A DNA stretch of 64,000 nucleotides from a virus. Positions 25,195-34,095 of this stretch are shown here, piece after piece. The translations under genes and the position numbers were made by a program. The notes beneath the pieces are model-generated. The model did no database searches and was not told where the DNA came from. It saw only the letters and a list, made by a program, of their open reading frames with translations. Every line of letters starts with the position of its first letter. Position 1 is the stretch's first letter. The stretch is from IMG/VR virus record IMGVR_UViG_3300023202_000142, positions 64,001 to 128,000 of that record. The stretch is one strand, 5' to 3'.

Positions 25195-25496
25195 AACGGA
25201 CAGGGACTCAACGCTTCCCATCCTGTCCGGGTTTTGGCCCTTCGGGGCATCGAGTCAGGAGTTGCGTATCTGCGGGAAGAAATGATGAGAGTCTGTAGAG
25301 GGTTAAATCGCTGCATCTTTTCCTTCCGGCCAGCCTTGGCCTTAAAGGGTGCGATGCTACCTCCCCCTTGAAGATCAGACTGGAGTCTCAGGAGCAGCTC
25401 GCCCCTGGACAGGGCCGGACTAACGGGTAGGGGTATCCGCCGTCCCGCGAGCAAACTAGACCCGTCGCCTGCTGGACAGGCGGCGGGTCTTTGTTT
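25195..25496 (+). ncRNA. Putative structured non-coding RNA (about 300 nt)
   Basis: Own promoter and terminator, no credible ORF. Stems CGGACAGG/CCTGTCCG, GCCC-TTCG-GGGC, AGTCTG/CAGACT, ATCGC/GCGAT and CGGGTA-GGGG-TATCCG; G-U pairs favour the plus strand. Confidence 0.6.
25458..25496 (+). terminator. Rho-independent terminator
   Basis: AGACCCGTCGCCTG-CTGGA-CAGGCGGCGGGTCT followed by TTGTTT. Confidence 0.75.
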
Positions 25497-25507
25497 ACAC
25501 ATTTCAC

Positions 25508-26002
25508 ATGAACGTTATCGAGCCAGGTCCGGCGCGAGCGGGTTACATGACCGTGTTTTGCCCGAAGTCGGGCAAACACATTTCGTCGATCCAGTGCGAA
25601 ACGGTCTGTTTCAGCTTTTCGCACTCGTTTGACGCGGCGTGTCGTCATCGTCAGCAGTGTCCGGTGTGGCGTGGCATGGTTGGGATGCGAAACGGTGTGC
25701 TTGAGATGCCCGTGCAGGAGATTACAATGTCAGAAGAACTCACCGAGGCCCAGGAGTCGGCGTTCGATATGCTCGTCGAACTGGGTGGAGACGCGAATTG
25801 GGTGGCCGCGAAGGCGGTCGGCCATCATTCGGCAATCAGGGCGCTGGAGCGTCGGAACGTGATCCAGACCCGTGACATCGACGGAGAGGTTCAGGTCGCC
25901 CTTGCGGGCGTCCTCCTCAACGAGGAGATCGCAGATGCAGCAAGACAAGCAAGAGCAGAAACAGGAGACGCAGGGGCCGACGCCGAAAGTGAAGAGGAGT
26001 AA
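25508..26002 (+). CDS. Hypothetical protein; start uncertain
   Basis: 164-aa ORF with a Cys-rich N-terminal part; a strong RBS (CAGGAG) precedes an internal ATG at 25727. Confidence 0.5.
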   Translation: MNVIEPGPARAGYMTVFCPKSGKHISSIQCETVCFSFSHSFDAACRHRQQCPVWRGMVGMRNGVLEMPVQEITMSEELTEAQESAFDMLVELGGDANWVAAKAVGHHSAIRALERRNVIQTRDIDGEVQVALAGVLLNEEIADAARQARAETGDAGADAESEEE

Positions 26003-26058
26003 CACGCTCCTCACCGAGGAGTTGCCGGCCGGTGGTCTGACCCAGGAGGAGTTCAAGC

Positions 26059-26478
26059 ATGTCGGACACAACCTCGCAGAGGTCGACGACGACGAAGACG
26101 AAGACGGCTCCGCGGATTGATCGTGATGCAGCTCGTCGGAAGGAACAGGAGTGGGCCAGGTTGGCTAGCTCCAGGACCGATAGCGAGTTTATGGTTGTCG
26201 AAGATGTCAAGTCTCCCGAGGTCCCGGATCTCAGTGACTGGTCGTCTTCGGGCCATCCCGAGGTCAACGTGCAGGCTACTCGGTTGGAGATGAGGCTGGG
26301 TCATCTGGCTTCGCAGTTGGCTGTATTCTTTTTGCGGTTCCATTGGGTGCCGTTTTTCACGGCTCTTGGCATGTTCTGGGCTCGACGAGCCTTCTGGTTT
26401 ACTGGCGGGGAGATCCCGGTCGGTGACCCATCCCAGGTCAGGGACCACAACTATCTCACCGGGCGTCACAGAAGGTAG
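26059..26478 (+). CDS. Hypothetical protein
   Basis: 139 aa, RBS GGAGGAG. Confidence 0.55.
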   Translation: MSDTTSQRSTTTKTKTAPRIDRDAARRKEQEWARLASSRTDSEFMVVEDVKSPEVPDLSDWSSSGHPEVNVQATRLEMRLGHLASQLAVFFLRFHWVPFFTALGMFWARRAFWFTGGEIPVGDPSQVRDHNYLTGRHRR

Positions 26479-26523
26479 TTGCCGACCGCGGGTGCATCCC
26501 TTACGGTAGTGCACTCTCTTCAC
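26479..26523 (+). promoter_or_regulatory. Promoter with operator upstream of the initiator-2/DnaC/DnaB operon
   Basis: TTGCCG-N17-TACGGT; GTGCAC-TCT-CTTCAC at 26509-26523. Confidence 0.6.
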
Positions 26524-26539
26524 GTTGTCGGAGGCCGTG

Positions 26540-26815
26540 ATGCTGCGCAAACCTCTTGTTGGGGAGATCGTTACGACGCCGGATGGCGACGGTACGGTTG
26601 TGTCCGTTCAGGAGTACCTCGATCAGTCTGAGGCTGGCTCGCAGGAGTTCGAGGCATTTCTCAGGTCCAGGTTGGGCCGAGATTTTGCGCGGCAATATTT
26701 CACGGCCGAGGTCGAGGTGGATGGCGAGGTAAAGGACTTTGAGTGCTGGGAATTGGACTATGATGCCGAACGAGACCCGGAGGAGGCTCCTTGGCGAGCG
26801 CCTCAAGGGGATTGA
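26540..26815 (+). CDS. Hypothetical protein
   Basis: Start MLRKPLVG with RBS GGAGG. Confidence 0.6.
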   Translation: MLRKPLVGEIVTTPDGDGTVVSVQEYLDQSEAGSQEFEAFLRSRLGRDFARQYFTAEVEVDGEVKDFECWELDYDAERDPEEAPWRAPQGD

Positions 26816-27767
26816 GGAGATCGGGGCGAAGGCGTGGATCGTCTACGAGGTGTTGCGGTCGGTGCAGCCGTATCGGGATCTGGACTGGGAGTATCGACCT
26901 GGTGTGGACGTACCGGATGGCGACGCCGTCGTCGCCGAGGTCCAGTTTGAGAGGTTTGTTGGTATGTCTGGTCCCGACGAGGTCGAGTCTCTTGTGAGGG
27001 CGCTTTGCGCGAAGAACCCGGAAGGGTCTTGGGTCTATGACTACGAGGTCACCGATGACTCGGTTGTTGCGGTGGTTGGTGTCTACCAGGAGCCAACCAT
27101 TCGATTCGCAGCGGAACTGTTGGTGCAGGTGCGGCGTTCCCGGGTTGAGCGCGACCTGGGTCCGCCTATTCGGCCGAAGGTCGGCAGTAGCACCCGGGTG
27201 CAGACGGCCAAAGAAATGCGAGAGAAAGCGAAGGCGGAGACTGACGAGAAGCGTGAGAGGAACCGGAAGCGCCGCGAGAGGCGATCGATCAAGAAGACGT
27301 CCAGTAAGGCGGGCACGCGAGGCTCCCGTGCGCGAGGGAAGAGCTGGGTGGACCCCGAGGGTATCGAGGGGGTTAAAGAGGACAAGGAAGGACTGTGGCG
27401 CCTTTATGAGGACCTGTTTGTCGAGCATTTTGGCTATGACCCCGGCGTGTTCAAGAAGGGCGTCCCGACGACGAAGGGCGCCAACCAGCTCGCCGCGGTT
27501 GCCAATGAGTATGGCGTAGATACCGCAATTAAGGCCGTGGCTTACGCGGTCAGGAATTGGGAGGAGTATCAGAAGATCAAGGGCGATGCCCGGACCCCGA
27601 TGCCGAGTGTTCTGTGGGGCATTCGTCATGAACTGTGCCCGCCGATCAAGCAGGGCCTGGACCCCTGGGCTGAGCTGAGGCGACTGAGGAAACGCAAGAC
27701 CGGCAAGGACAAGTTGAAGGATCGCGAGTGGAAGGAAGGCGACGAGGGAGAGATCGGGGAATGGTGA
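26760..27767 (+). CDS. Replication initiator-like protein 2
   Basis: Directly precedes the DnaC-like loader; shares a C-terminal motif with initiator 1. Confidence 0.55.
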   Translation: MMPNETRRRLLGERLKGIEEIGAKAWIVYEVLRSVQPYRDLDWEYRPGVDVPDGDAVVAEVQFERFVGMSGPDEVESLVRALCAKNPEGSWVYDYEVTDDSVVAVVGVYQEPTIRFAAELLVQVRRSRVERDLGPPIRPKVGSSTRVQTAKEMREKAKAETDEKRERNRKRRERRSIKKTSSKAGTRGSRARGKSWVDPEGIEGVKEDKEGLWRLYEDLFVEHFGYDPGVFKKGVPTTKGANQLAAVANEYGVDTAIKAVAYAVRNWEEYQKIKGDARTPMPSVLWGIRHELCPPIKQGLDPWAELRRLRKRKTGKDKLKDREWKEGDEGEIGEW

Positions 27768-28402
27768 ACTACTGGCTAGACGAGGCGCGGGTCCTAGAGG
27801 AGGCTGATTACGGGCGTATGAACATGCCTGTGCGTTACCGCGATGCGGTGTGGGATCGTGTGCCTGAAGGCTCGGCAAAAAAGTTCGTAGGGGTCTACCT
27901 TGAGAAGTTGCGTATGATGCGTGATGAGGGGACCGGGTTCTACGTCTATGGGCCCAACGGCCACGGAAAGACCGCGTTAGCTTGCATTGTTTTGCGCGCC
28001 TTTCGGTCTCACGGTCAGCCCTGCCTGTTTGTTCGTCACAGCAAGTTGATTCGGTCGGCCTACAAGGACATTCGGTTGTTCGAGGATGCGCCTCCGCTGT
28101 GGGATCTATCCAGGTCTGTCGACGTGCTGCTGATCGACGATTTCGGCAAGGCGCACGAGTCTGAGTCTGGGTTTTCTGATGCCGAACTCGAAGACCTTTT
28201 GCGCGACCGATATGACAACCGTCTTGTGACTATCTTCACCTCCAACCTGTCGGGCACGAAGCTCGCTGAGCGCGGGGTGATTGAGTCGACTATCTCGGTC
28301 TTGCAAGGGATGGCGGTTCCGTTGGGCCTCATTGGTGAGGGTCAGCGAGCGCAGGAATCCAAGGACGTTTTGAGCATGCTTCTAGGAGAAATTGATGAGT
28401 GA
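27761..28402 (+). CDS. DnaC/IstB-like AAA+ helicase loader
   Basis: MPVRYRDA, YGPNGHGKT, LLIDDFG, LRDRYDN, IFTSNL. Confidence 0.88.
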   Translation: MVNYWLDEARVLEEADYGRMNMPVRYRDAVWDRVPEGSAKKFVGVYLEKLRMMRDEGTGFYVYGPNGHGKTALACIVLRAFRSHGQPCLFVRHSKLIRSAYKDIRLFEDAPPLWDLSRSVDVLLIDDFGKAHESESGFSDAELEDLLRDRYDNRLVTIFTSNLSGTKLAERGVIESTISVLQGMAVPLGLIGEGQRAQESKDVLSMLLGEIDE

Positions 28403-29039
28403 TCTCGTGAACAAGTTGGTGTCCCGGTTCGACTCGGTGGCGCAGAAGATCTTCCAGGCTCCGATTGAGTCGCTGTCATTCGAGGAGCGCGCTGTGGTTA
28501 GCGCCGCCCTCGCGGTGATCGACAAACACATGAAGGACCGCAGGAAGCGAATCTCCGATCTGCTTCAAGAGCAGATTGAGTTTGGCGACACCGAAGGTTG
28601 GGAGACCGAGCCGACTGAGTCAGGAAAGTCGGTGCGCGTCGACATGCCGCACGTCAAGCTCATGCGGACGGAGTCTGGGGGCGGGCGCAGTCCTGATGTC
28701 GAGAAGATGCGCGCACTGTTGGAGTCGAAAGACATCGACCCATCGAAGGTCGTCAAGCCAACAGGGTACCGCGTCAACATGGATGCGATTGAGGAGGCGA
28801 TTGAGGAGTTCGATCTTGATCGCGACGCGCTGCTGACCCCAAAGGGCTGGGAGGTCGATGAGTCGATCCTTGGCGCGCTCATCGAACTTGGGCACCTCAC
28901 GCTCGAAGAGGTCGAGAACACGTCGACGGAGATCCCGAAGCGGGTGTCACTTCGATGCACTTTCGAGAAGGACACGCAGCAGATGTTGCTGGATCAGATG
29001 AAGGCCATGGAGGGCGAGGGTGGGTCGGACGACGATTGA
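28395..29039 (+). CDS. Hypothetical protein
   Basis: Acidic 214-aa ORF in the replication operon, RBS TAGGAG. Confidence 0.65.
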   Translation: MSDLVNKLVSRFDSVAQKIFQAPIESLSFEERAVVSAALAVIDKHMKDRRKRISDLLQEQIEFGDTEGWETEPTESGKSVRVDMPHVKLMRTESGGGRSPDVEKMRALLESKDIDPSKVVKPTGYRVNMDAIEEAIEEFDLDRDALLTPKGWEVDESILGALIELGHLTLEEVENTSTEIPKRVSLRCTFEKDTQQMLLDQMKAMEGEGGSDDD

Positions 29040-30306
29040 TCAGGTGATGTTTCGGCGTTCCGTTGAGGAGTTTGGCGCCCCGTGGCACATCGAAGAATTG
29101 GGACTGAAGCGCGAGCACTTGGAGCCTGATGTTCAGGCTGCCTGGGAGTTCGTAGAGTCCTACATGAAAGAGAACCACGGGGAGATCCCGAGTGACGAGT
29201 TGATCGTCTACGAGATGGGCTGGAACGAGGTTCCGCTCGAAGACCTTCCGGCTGGATCGGTGAAGTACTTTGCGACCGAGATCAAGCGCAGGGAGGTCCA
29301 GGGGCAACTCAACGACATTCTCGACGAGGTCGATTTCATCATGAAAGGCGGGGGCGACTCTGTCTTCGAGGCGCAGTCCAGGCTCATTGAGCTGGTGGAC
29401 GATCTTCGGGCGTTTGGTCTGACGCGAATTTCTGCCGTCAACATCTTCGACCTCTACCCCAAGGTCGAAAAGAACTACGAGCAGTACCAGCAGGGTGATG
29501 TTGGTATCGAGACCCCGTGGCCGACGATGACTGAGTCGATCCTTGGCTTTCAGCTCGGCCATGTCGTTTACTTCGTGGCGCGCCCACAGACAGGGAAGAC
29601 CTGGGCGCTGCTGCGGACCGCGATGCACTGCTATGACTCCGGCCATCGGGTTTTGATGGTCACGCCGGAACTGACTGAGGACGAGTGCGCTGAGCGCCTC
29701 GCGTGCATGCAGGCGCACGTGAGCTACTCGGCGTTTACTCGCGGCCGTCTTGATCCGTACGCCGAAGATCGGCTCAAGAAGCACATCGAGGAGTGCAAGG
29801 AACTCAACGGGTTCTGGGTCAGTGACTCAACGATGGAGTTCGACAAGACCGAGGTTGAGGCGCTGGTGAGCCAGTTCGACCCCGACGTCATCGCAGTGGA
29901 CTCGATCTACTGTTTCGGCGATGGCCGGAACAGAAATGAGCGGATTGCGAATGCGAGTCCGTGGCTGATCGAACTGGCCAGGAAGCATGGGCGCAAGCGC
30001 CTGGTTCTTGCGACATCTCAGATGAACCGGAAGGCGATCAACGCGGAGACGACTACAATTGAGAACATCTACGGGTCGGACGCCGTGGGGCAAGACGCAC
30101 ACGTGATTTACGGGCTGTTTGCCTCGGACGAGATGTATCGAGACAAGCGGCTGGGGATGACCCAGCTCAAGGTGCGCCGCGGAGTGCGGCATGACCCGTT
30201 CTACTGTAACTGGGACCTCGACGTGATGGATTTCGGGGAGACCCGTACCAACCAAACTGGCTACGAACGAGAGGAGGATGAGGATGACGACGCCTACAAC
30301 TATTGA
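29020..30306 (+). CDS. dnaB: DnaB-like replicative helicase
   Basis: ARPQTGKT Walker A, TPEL, IAVDSIY Walker B, TSQMNR, GSDAVGQDA, LKVRRG. Confidence 0.88.
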   Translation: MGRTTIDQVMFRRSVEEFGAPWHIEELGLKREHLEPDVQAAWEFVESYMKENHGEIPSDELIVYEMGWNEVPLEDLPAGSVKYFATEIKRREVQGQLNDILDEVDFIMKGGGDSVFEAQSRLIELVDDLRAFGLTRISAVNIFDLYPKVEKNYEQYQQGDVGIETPWPTMTESILGFQLGHVVYFVARPQTGKTWALLRTAMHCYDSGHRVLMVTPELTEDECAERLACMQAHVSYSAFTRGRLDPYAEDRLKKHIEECKELNGFWVSDSTMEFDKTEVEALVSQFDPDVIAVDSIYCFGDGRNRNERIANASPWLIELARKHGRKRLVLATSQMNRKAINAETTTIENIYGSDAVGQDAHVIYGLFASDEMYRDKRLGMTQLKVRRGVRHDPFYCNWDLDVMDFGETRTNQTGYEREEDEDDDAYNY

Positions 30307-30697
30307 TGTTTACGCAGCGCGCGCCCGCGCGGAGCTTTTGAGGCGTAAGTTTTCGGTGAAGCAGGTCAAGGAGGGCGAGTTCGATCTCGGATTGGGGAAC
30401 TACTACCTGATCCGGGTCGGCATCGTTGAGGAGGATCTGGAGATCAAGGTCGATGAGTTCGTTGACCTTCTGGAGACGAGTCTCAAGAAGTATCTCGATG
30501 ATCTTCACGAGAAGGAACAGGAGTTGTCGGAGATCACGATGCAGTTACCTCCTCGGCCTGAGCCGCCCTCTCAGAGGGGTCAGCCCGCCAGAGTAGAGGA
30601 GGACGTCGACATCAAGCCGCGCACGATCCGCGATCAGATTTACCGCGAATTCCTTCACGCTCGCGCAGAGAAGCTCAAGGAAGTGAGGACGTCGTGA
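30278..30697 (+). CDS. Hypothetical protein
   Basis: 139-aa ORF overlapping both neighbours. Confidence 0.55.
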   Translation: MRMTTPTTIDVYAARARAELLRRKFSVKQVKEGEFDLGLGNYYLIRVGIVEEDLEIKVDEFVDLLETSLKKYLDDLHEKEQELSEITMQLPPRPEPPSQRGQPARVEEDVDIKPRTIRDQIYREFLHARAEKLKEVRTS

Positions 30698-31347
30698 CGC
30701 TGACTGGTGAAGAGATCAAGAAGAACATCGAGGCTGGTCTCATCGGGGTCACGCCGTTCGATCCGGTGCGTGTTGGTGCAAACAGTATCGACATGACTCT
30801 GGCGGATGAGTTGAAGGTATATGTGGATCGCGAAGGTCGTCCGCTCGACCTTGTTTATGCTGAGGCGCTCCACCTTCATCCACAGGACGGGGGATACCCT
30901 GCCGAGAATGCCATGGTGAGGAGCCTGGAGCGCCGTGGGGCGATCCTGGACGTTCGTGAGCCCCCCAGGACACGTAGGGTAAGGATCCCGGATGACGGCA
31001 TCGTGCTGCTTCCTGGTCGGGGGTACCTGGCGCGCACTGCTGAGCGGGTTTCGACGGACCACTTCGTCGCACACATGCACGGCAGGTCCAGTGTGGGTCG
31101 GTTGTTCGTTTCGGTTCACCAGACAGCAGGATGGGGCGATGTTGGATTCGCAGGAACATGGACGATGGAGATCACGGTCATTCACCCTGTCAGGGTCTAC
31201 GCCGGGATGGCCATCGCGCAACTCGCATTCGACAAGCCGCTCGGAGAGAGGACGCTGTATGGAGAGCGACGAGGGTCGAAGTACCAGGACCAGCGAGAAC
31301 CGGAGGAGTCTCGACTCTACTGGGACTTCAAAGGTCAGGAAGAATGA
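30694..31347 (+). CDS. dcd: dCTP deaminase
   Basis: NSIDMTL, GRSSVGRL, TAGWGDVGFAGTWTMEI, IAQLAF, SKYQDQ. Confidence 0.92.
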   Translation: MTLTGEEIKKNIEAGLIGVTPFDPVRVGANSIDMTLADELKVYVDREGRPLDLVYAEALHLHPQDGGYPAENAMVRSLERRGAILDVREPPRTRRVRIPDDGIVLLPGRGYLARTAERVSTDHFVAHMHGRSSVGRLFVSVHQTAGWGDVGFAGTWTMEITVIHPVRVYAGMAIAQLAFDKPLGERTLYGERRGSKYQDQREPEESRLYWDFKGQEE

Positions 31348-31369
31348 CATCGTCGATATCGGCGGACCT

Positions 31370-31660
31370 GTGCGCGCCGAGACGGTTGAGGAGGTCGACG
31401 GAGGTTATCGTGTGAATGGTGAATTCTTCACCGAGCACGGTGTGGCCGACGCGTTGTTGTCTCGTGAGGAGGACATGGCGTCGACGATCGTCCGTCAGCT
31501 CCGTTTCCAGGAATCGATGCTGCGTTCGCAGATCGTGTTGATGGGTGACTCAAATCGGCAGGGTCATGCGGAGTGGCATGGTGCGATGCGAGAACTGGAA
31601 AGGATGCTCTACACCGTTCGCCGTATGCTGCGCCACCGCGGCGCCCGGGAGTCGGAGTGA
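31370..31660 (+). CDS. Hypothetical protein; start uncertain
   Basis: Open frame filling the dcd-primase gap. Confidence 0.4.
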   Translation: MRAETVEEVDGGYRVNGEFFTEHGVADALLSREEDMASTIVRQLRFQESMLRSQIVLMGDSNRQGHAEWHGAMRELERMLYTVRRMLRHRGARESE

Positions 31661-32901
31661 ATGAGTCGTCTGTCATCGAGTTTTTGAAGGCTCTGGGGTG
31701 CCGCAAGATTCAGGCTCAGGACCCCGACAGGGAGGGGAAGGTCAAGGTCAAGGCGACCTGTCCGTTTGAGAGGTGGGGGCATTCTGGTGGTATTGACAGT
31801 GATCCGTCGTTCAGCATCTGGGTGAATGATACGGGGGCGAGCACATACAACTGTTTTGCCTGCGGAGAGGTTCACGGCTGGGTCTGGAGCCTTCCTAAAC
31901 GACTGGCGGGGATGCCGGGAAATGATCGTAGATACCCCGAGGCCAGGAGGATTTTGCGCGAAAATGAGGTGCGAAAGCGTGGTCGAGAGGCTGGCGATTT
32001 CGTGGCTACCCACAGCAAGATGCGCAAGAGGGCGGCTAAGAGTGTGAGGTCGAAGGGTTCCCGTATGAAGACTGCGTTGGGTACTGGGTTGCCCGATGCG
32101 GCTGTTGGTGTTGATCGTGTTCAGCAGTCGATCCTTGGGGAGGATGTCGAGATCAAGCGTGATGCACTGGACGAGTCTGTGCTCGATGAGTTCCGGTCGG
32201 AGCCCCATCCTTATTTGCGGGACCGCGGCTTCTCGTTGGCCGCCTGGGATGCCTGGGGTCTAATGTGGGAAGAGAACAGGTCTGGAGACCGGATTGTGTT
32301 TCCGATCCGGGATGCTGACGGCCGTCTTCTCGCGTATTCGCGCCGCGTCACCTGGGACAAGCCGGTGTGTCAGTGGTGTGGCGCCACGAGTGGTGTCAGG
32401 TTCGGCTCAATGCGCAAAAAGGGGGACCCGAAGTCGAAGGGCGGATGCCCCAGATGTCGGAATCGGTGGATTTGGCCGAAGTACCAGCATTCCAAGGGGT
32501 TCAAGAGGAATCTGCTTCTGTATGGCGAGCACATGATCAACCGAGACCTGCGGAAAGGGGTCGTTGTCGAGGGCAATCTCGATCCGATTCGTCTGTGGCA
32601 GTTCGGTGTCCAGAATGCTGTTGCGACACTAGGGGCCAGCCCAGGGCTTGGTGGCCCAGATAGCGCAAATGGGAGGCCGGCGGAGCAGCTCTATCGCCTG
32701 GGCACGATCTTCGATGACATTTTGGTCATCGCAGACGGCGACAAAGCGGGTCGATCGATGGGCCGCATCATCCAAGACTATTTTCATGGTTGGCCGGTCA
32801 GTGTTCGCGTTGAGGTGTGCCCTGACGGCCGCGACCCCGGAGACATGGAACCGGACGATCTGCTAGACCTCATCGGACCCTTCGGGGTGCTGGTCGACTA
32901 G
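31657..32901 (+). CDS. dnaG: DnaG-type DNA primase
   Basis: N-terminal CPF..H..DSDPSF..NCFACG zinc domain, RIVFPIRD, TOPRIM VVEGNLD and ADGDKAG. Confidence 0.9.
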   Translation: MNESSVIEFLKALGCRKIQAQDPDREGKVKVKATCPFERWGHSGGIDSDPSFSIWVNDTGASTYNCFACGEVHGWVWSLPKRLAGMPGNDRRYPEARRILRENEVRKRGREAGDFVATHSKMRKRAAKSVRSKGSRMKTALGTGLPDAAVGVDRVQQSILGEDVEIKRDALDESVLDEFRSEPHPYLRDRGFSLAAWDAWGLMWEENRSGDRIVFPIRDADGRLLAYSRRVTWDKPVCQWCGATSGVRFGSMRKKGDPKSKGGCPRCRNRWIWPKYQHSKGFKRNLLLYGEHMINRDLRKGVVVEGNLDPIRLWQFGVQNAVATLGASPGLGGPDSANGRPAEQLYRLGTIFDDILVIADGDKAGRSMGRIIQDYFHGWPVSVRVEVCPDGRDPGDMEPDDLLDLIGPFGVLVD

Positions 32902-32914
32902 CACAACGTCGCTG

Positions 32915-32947
32915 TTGACGTCATCCGATGAAGTGTACTAAGTTCAC
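32915..32947 (+). promoter_or_regulatory. Promoter with operator N upstream of SSB
   Basis: TTGACG-N18-TAAGTT; GTGTAC-TAA-GTTCAC at 32933-32947. Confidence 0.65.
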
Positions 32948-33026
32948 ATTTCTAACCAACGAGGGCACGTAAATAGCGGTCAAAGAAGACCCAAATCAGA
33001 CGCCCTACGAAGCAAGGAGAAGCGAA

Positions 33027-33968
33027 ATGGCATCACGAAGATCTGGAGGACGGCGTTCGTCGCGTCGAGGTTCGAGTAAGGGTTCTGGCCGTAAGGGCAG
33101 GGGCTCGCGTCGATCGCGCAAGGATGACGCGCCTGAGCGCGATGAGGCTGCCGGAGGCGAGGAGAATCAGTGGTTCTCGCGCGGCGCTGACAGCCTGGAG
33201 AAAGAGAAGGAAGACAAGAAAGGGCAGTATCGCGGTGGCGGACCCAGGGAGTTCGACCCGCGGCGCATCTTTCGCTGGTTCATTCCGAACACCGAACTGG
33301 GGGAGCCCAAAGAGGTCCTGTTCCTCGAATCGGACTGTCTCAACGCCTGGATGCATCATTTCAAGAATGATGGGAGGTGGGGCAACTGGGAGACGTGTCC
33401 GCGGCTGACGGGCATGAAGGATGAGCACGGGGATCCGGTGAGCTGTCCGCTGTGCGACAAGGACGACAACGTCTCGACGTCGCTGCTGGGTCACTACACG
33501 ATCCTCGATGTCACGGGGTGGGACGGCGGCGACGGTCATCGCATGGGCCTGAAGATCCTTCCGGCGAAGGAAGAACTGGTCAACAAGCTCGCCCGTCGTC
33601 GTGACAAGTTCCTCGATGACGGCCATGACGGTCTGTTCGGCGCGCTGTTTACCGTGGTTCGAGACACCAAAGACTCGGACAACTGCGGCAACGACTGGGC
33701 GTATGAGGAGCACGTCGACGTCGAGCGATTCCTCGAAGACAACTTCGAGGCGATCGCGACTGGCCTGGACTGGTTCCCCGAGGGCTGGTTTTGGGAGGGC
33801 GAGGGAGATGATCGCGAGTACTGGCTCGGTCCGTTCAAGTGGATGGATATCGTCGCTCCGCGCGACCCTGCGGTGATCGCAGACATCATCGGTGCGAACT
33901 ACGATGGTGCCGAGTTTGATCCCGATGATCTCGACGTCGGCGCCGACGACGACGACCCGGGCTACTGA
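33027..33968 (+). CDS. gp32-like single-stranded DNA-binding protein
   Basis: Basic N-tail, H..F....WETC...CPLC zinc site, acidic C-tail, position in the replication cluster. Confidence 0.7.
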   Translation: MASRRSGGRRSSRRGSSKGSGRKGRGSRRSRKDDAPERDEAAGGEENQWFSRGADSLEKEKEDKKGQYRGGGPREFDPRRIFRWFIPNTELGEPKEVLFLESDCLNAWMHHFKNDGRWGNWETCPRLTGMKDEHGDPVSCPLCDKDDNVSTSLLGHYTILDVTGWDGGDGHRMGLKILPAKEELVNKLARRRDKFLDDGHDGLFGALFTVVRDTKDSDNCGNDWAYEEHVDVERFLEDNFEAIATGLDWFPEGWFWEGEGDDREYWLGPFKWMDIVAPRDPAVIADIIGANYDGAEFDPDDLDVGADDDDPGY

Positions 33969-34095
33969 GCCGATTCGGCGCGGTCGGCGTCATAGCCGGC
34001 CGCGCCCTTGCGGCACCCACTTCCGAGGAACCGGAAGATGCGGTCGACACGGCTTGTCGTGCTCTCCGCGGGTGCCGCTCCCCCTGGGAGCAACC

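Noticed and set aside
25345-25370. GCTACCTCC as the RBS of a seventh, minus-strand cassette gene
   Set aside because: On the minus strand GGAGGTAGC is followed by ATCGCACCC with no start codon at usable spacing, and no matching leader hairpin or promoter follows.
25195-25496. tRNA, tmRNA, RNase P or SRP identity for the ncRNA
   Set aside because: No T-loop or CCA end, no GAGGAAAGUCC, and no SRP loop motif visible; family left unassigned.
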